DNA of 50,678 nt from NCBI GenBank assembly GCA_025201805.1, contig MU619319.1, forward strand, positions 1 through 50,678, written 5' to 3'. Source of the stretch: Parasitella parasitica NRRL 2501 (lineage: Eukaryota > Fungi > Mucoromycota). Of the stretch, positions 25,774 to 36,385 are shown in pieces (position 1 is the first letter of the stretch; each line of letters opens with the position of its first letter). Position numbers and translations under genes: made by a program. A model generated the notes under the pieces. The model saw only the letters and a list, made by a program, of their open reading frames with translations. It searched no databases and had not been told where the DNA came from.

Positions 25774-26371
25774 ACCCAAGTCAACAATAATATCCCAAAG
25801 ATTAAATTCTAGAGCATCTCATACCTTGTATCTTTTAGTTGACAATTGATTAAAAAATTATAACCTATTGCTTTAGGTCTTTTTTTTTATATATAAATAC
25901 TAAACACGACGTAATGGCTTTGCCAAAGCATCAATTTTTCGTTGGCCTTGATTTTATATGATTTGGATAGACACTTTTTGATGTTGCGTTTAGTATATGC
26001 TCCGAATTCAACTAAATATAAAGACTTCAGAAATCAGCTCTAGTTCAACAAAAATGATATAAATGATAGCTTTGTAAACAATCTTTCGACATGAATTATT
26101 ATTTTTTGGTTCGTAGCTATCAAATAATGCATATAACCATGAAACTAACAATAGCATTAAAAGTATTCACTTTCAATGCTTGTATATATTATATATTTAA
26201 AACTAATTCACTCGGGAAAACCACATAAACTTTTTCTTAATAATTACTCACAGTTAAAGAAGTGGTATAATGGCTCAACCGCCAAGCACTACAAAAAAAA
26301 AAAAAAAAAAAAATAAAAAAAATTAGTTTCAACAAGCAATCAAATCATTTTGGTATTGAGATAATTGTTTA

Positions 26372-27615
26372 GGTTTATTGTAATCAAGTGCCCTCCCCTC
26401 CTTCATGACAGCTTACAAAGATTGTTAGATGCCGGGTGCACTTGTTCAGCCTACACAGTATCATAACTAAAAAAAAATATTTTATTTCCTTCAAGTAAAA
26501 ATGCAAAAAAGTCGAAAACCTTCCTAATTCAGAAAGTAATAACTGAATATTTCCCAACATTTGAGACAGTAAAATTAAATCCTGACTTGCCACGAAATCT
26601 CGTTATTATTAAAGCCCTGAAGTTAGAAATCATGTATAAACCTTCACATTTTCGATTTATTCTATTAAAAAACAATACATATCAACCATTATTTAGCTTG
26701 TTAATAATGTGTCAACTATGTCATTCGCTTTTAATGGTCGCAAAAGACGCCTTATTGCTATTAATGATGAAGAAGAACAAATGTTAGATCAGTCGTGAGT
26801 CTTGCGGACAAATCAGCACTTGAACAGCCAATTTACTTTCATGATGCATGCACTCAACAACAATCATAACCAAGAAGTTATGCATAATTCTCGCCACAAT
26901 TCCCTGTTAAATGCAATGTCTTTTTAGTTACATCAGCAAAATCGACGACTAAAGACAAAACAACAACGAGACATAATCCAAACATTGAAAACAAGCCAGA
27001 GATTCCTCAAATCGCAGCTACAGCTTGCTTTGGCAGGCTTGGGATTAAATTGAGAATTTGGACCAACAAAGGTAAAAACTGGTTGCAAACACGACATCCC
27101 ATCCAAAACTAGCAAGTTTTCTTTTCTTAGCTTTATTGTACGCCTGCCGCCAAACATGAAGTTCAAAACAAAAACACTTGGAATGTTATATTGCAGGCTC
27201 AACTATCATCAATCCTCCGGCTTCGTTACTAAAGCCATCCATTGGGCTTCGAAGCAAAGTCCAGACATCCAAAGAGAAAGCAGATTACTGGAGTGCCAAT
27301 GCTTTCAAGTCAATGTGCCGCGACCAAGTCTCCGCACTTGCAATTGGTCTTACTGGTGTTGGTTGCCTTTTGTTTGGAGTAACTTTCCCCTGCTTCGACC
27401 CAAACCCCACCTCTGCCAAGCGCACACAATTCAACAATTTAGCCCTATCTTTTTTGTACAGAAAACAGATACTGGGCTCGCCTTTCGATGGAGGCAATAC
27501 TCTTTGAAGGTTAGTAAACAAATATAAAACGTGGAGATAACTCAATATTAATCGAGCGCTGCATCTTTGACTTTGACCTTTTAATACTATTGGGTAAGTG
27601 ACATTCCCACTTATA
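26372..27615 (+). mobile_element. Putative non-autonomous Fanzor1 (TnpB-derived) element with 9-bp TSD
   Basis: Direct repeat AATTGTTTA at 26363-26371 and 27616-27624. The element starts GG and contains a Fanzor-like pseudo-ORF and a structured 3' end. Confidence 0.55.
26718..27507 (+). pseudogene. Internally deleted Fanzor1-like nuclease; 3 exons (26718-26877, 26928-27071, 27131-27507)
   Basis: Phase-consistent exons. N-terminal MSFAFNGRKRR. C-terminal CRDQVSALAIGLTGVGCLLFGVTFPCFDP resembles the RuvC-III 'RDxxSAxAI' end of TnpB/Fanzor. In-frame stops at 26796 and 27157. First donor reads TT instead of GT. Confidence 0.65.
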
Positions 27616-27635
27616 AATTGTTTATAAAAAGTAAC
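27470..27635 (+). ncRNA. Putative Fanzor omega-RNA (scaffold plus flank-derived guide)
   Basis: Hairpin GCCTTT/GGAGGC, long-range stem AAGGTTAGT/ACTTTGACCTT, and a terminal pseudoknot-like GGG-T-AAGT-GACATT-CCC-ACTT just before the repeat. Confidence 0.5.
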
Positions 27636-28015
27636 CAAAATCATCTGTTTCTTCTTTCGGAATTTAGCTTGATATACGGATACAGTATCAAGGTTTGACG
27701 TAATGGCCCAAGCGCAGTTCTATAAACAGCCGAGCTGTATTTTCTTATGGGAAAAAACACGCCCAATGTTACTCGGATCAAGTCATCATGGCAATCAGAT
27801 GGTTCATTTCATCATATGTTTATATGACGGAAAAATTTGAGTGATCTGCACGAGAAACTCACACACACACATTGCGAATTGTGCCTGAATCATCTTTGAA
27901 GGATTATGTGGCTCATTTGATCCCCAAGTCAGTAGATAAGACAGAAGCAAACAAAACCGTGTGACTCTGTCATTGTTTCTTCTTTCCTCTTTTCTTTCTT
28001 ACTCAAGGCGTCTAA

Positions 28016-31000
28016 ATGGTATCTGCCATAGTGGACAATGATGCGGATTGGCAGAACTGTCAGAATTATTCATTCTGTACAAAACCTTTGGAAAAACCTG
28101 CAAACGATGATCGTGATTATCGTTTAATTAAGCTGTTAAATCAGATGGAAGTCCTGGTCATCAGTGATCCTCAGACTGATCGTGCAAGTGCCGCTTTAGA
28201 CGTCCATGTGGGCAGTTTGAGCGATCCGGTAAGTGCATACTTGTCATAATTTTCATCAGTGGCATTTAGTAGTTTTTGATAAACTAGGAACACTTGCAAG
28301 GCTTGGCTCATTTTTGCGAGCATCTGTTGTTTATGGGGACCAAAAAATACCCAAAGGAGAACGACTACTACAGCTACCTCTCAGAGCATTCAGGTACAAG
28401 ATAAATTCTACTTGCTTCTTGCATATAACTAACAGAATACGCTAGGTTATGCGAATGCCTTTACTGGCACAGAGAACACTAACTACTTTTTTGAGGTGGG
28501 GCATCAGTGGCTCGAAGGTGCATTAGATCGCTTTTCACATTTTTTCATTGATCCACTCTTTTCTGAAAGTTGTACAGACAGAGAACTTAGAGCTGTGGAT
28601 TCAGAGCATAAAAAGAACCTTCAATCAGACTGCTGGCGCATTGCCCAGGTGGAAAAATGCCTCAGCAACCCAGATCATCCATGGCATTTGTTCGAAACTG
28701 GTAACCTCGAGACATTGATGGAGAATCCCAAGAAACTGGGCCTTGATATTCGTCAAGAACTACTAAAATTTCACGAAAACTACTATTCTGCAAATATTAT
28801 GAAGCTTACGGTCATTGGCAGAGGTAGGTTCTTATGCTTATAAAATACTAGATCATCCATGCATCCATCATTCACACAAACATATCAGAACCGTTGGATC
28901 AATTGACAGAATGGGCTGTTGAAAAGTTTTCAAGCGTTACAGACAAGAATATCCCTGTGCCATCTTTTCCAGGACACCCATTGACTAGAAATGAACTCAT
29001 GACGCAAATCTTTGTGAAATCAGTAAAGAAAAATCATACGTTTGATATCACTTTTCCATTCCCAGATCAGAATCCCTACTATGAGAGCCAGGTAAGTGTG
29101 GATATATGCGTTCGTAGGCCTAGATTCTCATTGTTTGCCCGTGCAGCCTGCTCATTACATCTCTCATCTAACTGGCCACGAAGGTCCTGGGTCTATTCTA
29201 TCTTTTCTTAAAAAGAAGAACTGGGCTACCTATTTGAGCTCGGGCATGTGTTTTAGTGGCATTGGATTTGGCTTCTTTCACATCGGTATTGATTTAACAG
29301 AACAAGGCCTAGGTAAAAGATCGAGAGTAGACTTTGCATGCGGTATTTTATTGGATTAACATGGATTTTCATAGCTCATTATGAAGATGTGGTGGTTGCT
29401 ATTTTCGAATACATTGAAATGGTAAAGGAAAATGGTGTAAAGAAGTGGATTTTTGATGAGATCAAAACATTAGCAGAGATGGATTTCAAGTTTTCCGACA
29501 AGTGCCCTCCCTCTGAGTACACTTCATTTTTGTCACAACAAATGCAGGAATGTTTGCCTCCTCAATGGACCATTAGTGGAAGTGCTTTGCTGAGAAAATA
29601 CGACCCTGCCCTTATAGAGCAGCATTTAGCGTTACTTGATCCTGAAAACTTTCGCTTGACTCTTGCCTGCCAAGAATTTCCAAATGGCGTGCAACCAACC
29701 AAGGTTGAAAAATGGTATTCAACAGATTATGAAGTGCTTCCTCTCAGCAAAGAATTGATGTCTGTAAGTTTATCAGTGGCTGTGGAAGTTTTGTGATGGA
29801 TACTGATGTCCCCTGTGCTAGAGATTGGCTCATATTTCAATGAACGATGAGTTCTGCTTACCTGCTATCAACGAGTTCATCCCGTCTAATCTCGATGTAA
29901 ATGTAACCGGTGGCTCCACCAAGAAAGTTCAACCTGAATTGATCAAAGACACACCCATAACACGTATCTGGTACAAAAAGGATGACACTTTTTGGGTTCC
30001 CAAGACCAATGTATGGGCTACCTTTAAAAACCCCTTGCTTCTTGCTACACCTCGGAACTCTGTCATCTTGGAGTAAGTAACATATCCTAAACAGTAGTAA
30101 ATCTGCAAGTTTTTTTTATATATATTTATATATGTGTGTATATTTTTTTATTCTGTAGTCTTTATATCAGTTTACTGACAGATTCTCTCTCTGAGTATTC
30201 CTACGATGCAGAAGTTGCTGGTTTGGTTTATTTTCTCAGTCAAGGATCTAAGGGTTTCACCGTAAATATTTCTAACAATCACTGACGAGATGTCTTGGCT
30301 AACACCTTTGCCTAGCTTCAAGTTGGTGGCTACACTGATAAACTACCTTTATTGCTAGAGAAAGTCATTGATAAGATGAGGGACCTTCAGATTGAGACGG
30401 ATAGATTTACTATCTTCAAAGACAAACTTACTCGTGGTTACGAAAACTTTTTTTTGGGAGCGCCTCACCAGCATTCTGCCTATTACATGACATATGCACT
30501 CTGTGAAAAACGTTGGACTATTGGTGATTTCTTGGCCGAGATCAAAGATATTCATATGGAGGATGTTCAAACGTTTATCCCTACTCTTTTTTCCAGTCTG
30601 CACATTGAAAGCTTAGTCCACGGTACATTGGAGCAAGGCCAAGTAGTCGATATGTTTGACCAAATGTTGAAAGTGCTGCAACCTCGTCCTCTTATGCCCA
30701 GTCAGTTTATTGGCGAGCGCTCTGTTCTTCTTCCGACAGGCACCAAGTTTGTCTATGCCCGTCCTGTGTCTGATAAGGATAACGTTAATTCTGCCATCAA
30801 TTACCATGCTCAAATCTGCAATGTCAAGGATATACCTCTTCGTAATCGCCTCAGTATTATAGCGCAGATCGCTGAAGAGCCTTGCTTTAATCAACTTCGT
30901 ACCAGAGAACAATTGGGTTACTTGGTATTTAGTGGTGTTCGTCGCCAGCTGAGTCAAATGGCATTCCATTTGATCATCCAGAGTGAGCGAGACCCTATAT

Positions 31001-31680
31001 ACCTCGAAAATCGAGTGCTTGAATTTTTGGAATCACTTAGATCTGTCATCGAGGATATGGACGAAAAAGATTATCAATCGCAAGTGGAATCATTGATTGC
31101 CGAAAAACTGGAAAAACACAAGAACTTATTAGAGGAAGGGGTCCAGTATTGGCACGATATTAAATCTGGATACTATGAATTTGATGAGACCTCAACAGAT
31201 GTCGAGGAATTGAGAAAAATCAGCAAAGAATCCTTGATAGAATTTTATGACAAATTCATGATGCCCAGCTCTCCTGAAGCCAGCACAATTTCTGTGCACC
31301 TTCAATCACAAAAACCACCAGCAATCCGAAAAGAACGAGAGGACAATTTTACTGTGGATCAGCTATATCCCACACTTGTTTACCTTGGTCTCATCAACAA
31401 AATGCAGGAATCTGAAGAAGACTTCAAATTAAAAGTAAACGACAAGTCTATCCAAATAGAATCCAGCTTGAGTGCGTTCCTGAAGGATTCAATGAATTTG
31501 AACCAGGCCGATATTGATCAAGTTCTCCTGAAATTAAATCAAGGTCCAAGCGGGTTATCCGAACGAGATCACTCGAAACTACCTAAAAATTGCACAGTTA
31601 TTCAAGACTTGGATAATTTCAAGCGGAAAATGACTTTATCGGTTGCTGCCGTTCCTTTTTACCCTTTCACACATGTATAA
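28016..31680 (+). CDS. STE23: Insulysin / Ste23-like M16A metalloprotease; multi-exon
   Basis: [24 protein letters not shown] (inverted HXXEH zinc motif), [44 protein letters not shown]. Confidence 0.95.
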
Positions 31681-32679
31681 TAGAGTTATTTATCATTTTT
31701 ATTAAATTATTTATATACTATAAATGCTATTTGAAAACTTGATTGTAATGGCAGGGGCGGCACTGGTTGTGCAAGTGCATATCCGATTCTTGAAAAGAAT
31801 AGCGAGAGGTTATTATAAGACCACTTTTTTTTTTTCTTTCTTTCTGCAATATGTCGATGTTTATGCACAAACTTGTGGAACTTGGATGCTGAAAGATACG
31901 TAAAAAGTAATCGTATGTATGCATGTGTGTATGGGATACAACAGATGAGTAAATAAGTAGAAAATGCAATTTATGGGACCATAGTATCCTTCATAATGTT
32001 AAAAATGTTGCCAACCACTATGCAAAAGGACAATGTTATAGAGGGTTTTTTACCCACCTACAGCCCTTTGAATTACACCAAAAGATTGCCTTTAAGTTCA
32101 GGTAATATACTGGTGTGATTTTATAGCTTTTGGGGACATTTTATTTTTCCTTCGAATTTCGACATTTTCCATGAGGAAGTATAAGGAAAAAATTGCCATT
32201 TTTACAAAATGCAATTTTTAAAGCGAAAAAGCAAACTTTTTACTATAATGCACCATAACAAAAAATAAGCATCAAAGAGCTCCCTTTTATTTGCTTACTT
32301 TGGATTTCTAATTTATGTTGTTTGTTTTTGATATTTCTTCCAAACATGGTTTTTTAGTTTTTTGACATTTTCTAAAAAATTTCTCTGTAAATCTTAAAAA
32401 AAAAAAGTAATGTGTTTTATAAATCAATAATAAATACATTAAAAATTAGTAAACATAGTATATTTGATATAGAGCTTGGTTAGATAAAATACTTTAAAAA
32501 CAAAAAGCGCAGAATTTGTCAAGATTTTTCATCACAGATAAACTGTGGTGGAAATCGGATTTAATCTCCGAAAAAGCTTTCCTGTATTCTACCCAACTCT
32601 GAAGCTGAGAATATCGCCAGCTTTGAGCCATTGGTATTTATTGACATGGCTATCGATTGGCATGTGAGGTTAAAAAAAA

Positions 32680-32810
32680 AGGGAGTATCATCAAAATCAT
32701 ATACGAGCAACCACGTTTTATTGAAGACTACGTCAAAGCACATCCAACCTGCATCGTAAAAGGTGTCACCGAGAAATTATGTACTGCTTTTGATGGCCTA
32801 TCGCTGTATT
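32680..32810 (+). pseudogene. Small Tc1/IS630 transposase fragment (second HTH region)
   Basis: RFIEDYVKAHPTCIVKGVTEKLCTAFDGLS parallels HLVDLIDEEPAVVLDQMMDSLTAEFIDLEIS in the transposase at 7130-7720. Confidence 0.45.
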
Positions 32811-32937
32811 ATGCGCTGGGCAACTGGAAATTCGATCCTTGCCGAAGGATCCTTCCCTTTTGGGAGGGCATTTAATCTGGGTAGTCTACTTCCATCTCTT
32901 TTTTCTTTTGCACCAACTTATTATTAAATTATAGAAA

Positions 32938-33127
32938 ATGGCAGACCTCGGTGTACCTGATTTCCCATTGTTTAAAAATATAGTCGAGAATGCAGCCAGT
33001 CAGAATGACATTGCTATTGATGATGTGCGTATGGAAAGAAGCTTTACGTATCTCGAATTAATATATGCTACGAGCAAATTACGTATCGAATTACTCGACG
33101 GGAAAAGGTAATACCGCTCTCTTTCCC

Positions 33128-33160
<33 letters not shown>

Positions 33161-34747
33161 TTTACTGGTCTTTTTGCTTATGTATGCAATTGACATTTTA
33201 CATAGTTCATTGAACGAGGAAAGAGTGGCCATATTATTCCCTAGCGGATTCCCCTACGTGGTTGCGTTGTTAGCCATCTGGGCTGCTGGCGGCATTGCTG
33301 TTCCCTTATGCACAGCCCATCCTACACCAGAACAAATCTACACTTTACAAGATTCTCAAGTATCCTTCATTCTCGGCCACCCTGTATTCTCTGATCGCAT
33401 TTCTGAATTATCGGGTGCCACCCAATTGCCCAATGTCATTAAAAACGACAAAACGTTTGTTGCAATGTCTGAGACTGGCAGCATCAATAAGCCCAATGTC
33501 ACATTGTTTGATGCCAACATCGACGCTGGTGCCCTCATTATATACACTAGCGGTACCACAGGCAAGCCGAAGGGGGCGGTTTCCACTCATGCCGTCATTG
33601 ATGCCCAAGCATCTGTACTTGTCGCAGCTTGGTATTGGTCGTCTGAAGACCGTATTCACCACATTTTACCTTTGCACCATATCCATGGTATTGTCAATGC
33701 ACTCATCTGTCCCTTGTACAGCGGTGCAACCGTTGAAATGCATCAAAAGTTTGAAGCCAAGCAGGTTTGGGCTCGCTGGGCTAACATTGATCTACCTCGC
33801 CTAACCGTATTCATGTCTGTGCCCACTGTCTATGCAAAGCTTGAGCAATTCTACAAATCCCAGGATAAGGAAACCCGAGCAATTCTGACTAGGGCTTGTA
33901 AGCAGTTTAGATTTATGGTTTCAGGCTCTGCGTCCTTGCCAACTACGTTAATAAATGACTGGAGAAAGTTGAGTGGAGGCCAAGTGCTACTGGAGCGCTA
34001 TGGAATGACAGAGATCGGTATGGCGCTAAGCCAAGAATATGTGATCTGGGAAAGAGTCCAGGGCACAGTAGGAGTACCGCTGCCTGGTGTGCAAGCTCGG
34101 ATCATCTCTGCAGAGACGAATGAGGATGTCACTGAGGCTAGAAATGTTCCTGGCATGCTCCAAATCAAAGGAAAGACAGTTTTCAAAGAGTATTGGGGTC
34201 GTGCTGATGCTACCAAAAAGGAATTCACCGAGGATGGCTGGTTTATTACTGGCGATATTGCCCAGAGACTAGGACACCACGGGTACTTTCAAATCATGGG
34301 CAGGAATAGTATAGACATTCTCAAGGTAGGTTTTACATGGTGGCAGTATAGCGCATGTGCCTGATTGCGTGTATGATGTATATATAAATATAACAGACTG
34401 GCGGAGAAAAAGTGAGCGCACTAGAAATAGAGAGAGAGCTGTTGTCCTGCGGGTTAAGCATCCAAGATGTGGCGGTTGTTGGTATTCCAGATCATGAATG
34501 GGGGCAAAAAGTTGCAGCTGTTGTCGTGATGGAAAACGGAAAGGTATGGAAAGGCGAATATTGTAAAAAAAAAACAGTATAATCAACACAGCTCTTGGAT
34601 TAGAATCTTGACTTGGCGACTATGAGAAATGCAATGAAGAAGCGAGTGGCAGTTTACAAAGTACCTGCTTTGTTAAAAATTGTACCTGAATTGCCTAAAA
34701 ATGCAATGGGCAAAGTTACCAAGAAAGATATTGTCAATTCATTTTAA
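32938..34747 (+). CDS. ACSF3: Acyl-CoA synthetase family 3 (malonyl-CoA synthetase-like); 4 exons
   Basis: [52 protein letters not shown] further 5' exon is possible because the ATG is preceded by TTATAG. Confidence 0.88.
33121..33160 (+). repeat. (CT)n microsatellite in ACSF3 intron 1
   Basis: Imperfect CT dinucleotide run seen directly. Confidence 0.85.
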
Positions 34748-34879
34748 AATAGATACATTATGTAGAATTGAATTGTTGTTGCGGTATCATCCAAGAATGA
34801 TGTTTGCGTTTTTATATATAAAACTAGGAATTCAAAATAATTGCTTTTTTTTTTTTTGTTTCTTATTGTTTGAACTGAA

Positions 34880-35281
34880 ATGCTTCCTGCAAGCTTAAGA
34901 ATCTCGGTATTTTTAATCATATCACAGCTTGTACATAGCTCACAGCAGCAATGCTTGGGCACTTCCAAGGTGAGAGGCAGCGATTATACTTTTGCATTAG
35001 CTGGAATTAGCAATATCAATAATCCATTGGGCCCTCAAGAAGCTTGCTACTTTGGCTGTGGTGCTCAAATTGTCACTCAATCTTCTAATCGAGGTGATAT
35101 GTCAAGATTGACTTTGATGGATAATGCTGCATCTACATTGATTTCGTCTGGATTTTTACAATCGGGGCAAATCTATTTCTTGGTAAAAATATACTGGATG
35201 TAATGATAATGGTATAAAGGCTAAGCGTGCTCATATCATACAATCTACTAGAATCATTTAGGCATGGAGGATTCAGAAGGA

Positions 35282-35317
<36 letters not shown>

Positions 35318-36309
35318 ACCCATATCTCAATCTGTTTGATGCGCTAATAAATTTCCGCGTTACGATCAGGAAACGGCATCGGCTGTATTCAGGTGCTTCC
35401 GTAAGTTTAGTATCTTTGTAGAGATTGTATATACAAATGCTCATGGGTATCGTGCTATTACATAAAGTAAAAACAGAGTTGCTCATTACCCAAGAGAGCA
35501 TCAGGTCTGCTCAAAGGCAAATACAGCCATTTGCGGATTCTGGGGCCAGGTATTAGGGATAAAACAGTAAATTGAATGAGCTATTTTAACGTACCCCATC
35601 GTAGCAATCCATTCCTCCTCAACCTCGTCCAAAGCCTTCATCTTCATCTGTCAATATCCCAGTTAGTACCAAGAATGAGTCACCACCAGCACACATTGTA
35701 ACCACCACGTCCTCCAGCGCCCTAGCACGGGCTACCACCACCAGAGCCAGAAGACCTAGGCCTACTCGCAATCCACGTCCTACTGTAACTTCTAGAGTGC
35801 CTTCAACAGGGACTGTTAGCACCAAAGTCGAGAGCATTTCTCCTCGTTTGCCAATACAGCCGCCACCACCATCACCATCCATCACATTACCAGCAACATC
35901 CTCTGCCAACGAGATTCTCCCTGAAATTGAAACAATTTCAGATCTTTCACCCTTCATAGACGAAAAACTGCCACTAGAAGAGCAGCCAGCAGAGGACATC
36001 CTGCATCAATTCAACGCTGATGGGCAACATTACCATGTGGTGAGCAAGGATGGAAACAGTCTTGCCCAGGCACATCAAAGCTGTCAAAATAGCCAAACAA
36101 ACATTGGAGGAGTTACATCAGCTGGTTATCAGGCAGTGGCTGAAAACCTGCAAAATGTGATGCTTACCACAGGCAATAAGCTTATTATAGGATCCTGGAA
36201 CGGAGACAACTATTCCTTGCGTGGCAATAACTGTCTTATTTTACAGGTGAATAATGGCATTTATCCTGGAAGTTGTGCAGAGGCAACGGCTGTGCTATGC
36301 CAATCATAA
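34880..36309 (+). CDS. Secreted protein (~380 aa): two Cys-patterned C-type-lectin-like domains joined by a Pro/Ser/Thr linker; 5 exons
   Basis: Signal peptide MLPASLRISVFLIISQLVHS. Exons 34880-35182, 35252-35282, 35370-35400, 35477-35549 and 35605-36309 join in frame through GT-AG introns. Confidence 0.75.
35287..35313 (+). repeat. (AT)n microsatellite in intron
   Basis: AT dinucleotide run seen directly. Confidence 0.85.
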
Positions 36310-36385
36310 GCCGCGGTTGTTAGTTTCGCAAACTCAATAAACCCGTTTTAAATTGTTTTTTTTTATTTTCTTGAAACAGAAAGAG

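Noticed and set aside
26796-27159. TGA recoding (selenocysteine or readthrough) in the Fanzor-like ORF
   Set aside because: It co-occurs with a broken splice donor and a large deletion; ordinary pseudogene decay is simpler.
32043-32400. GGGTTTTTTACCC start and TIR-like texture, possibly a MuDR end
   Set aside because: No partner terminus or TSD was found in the window.
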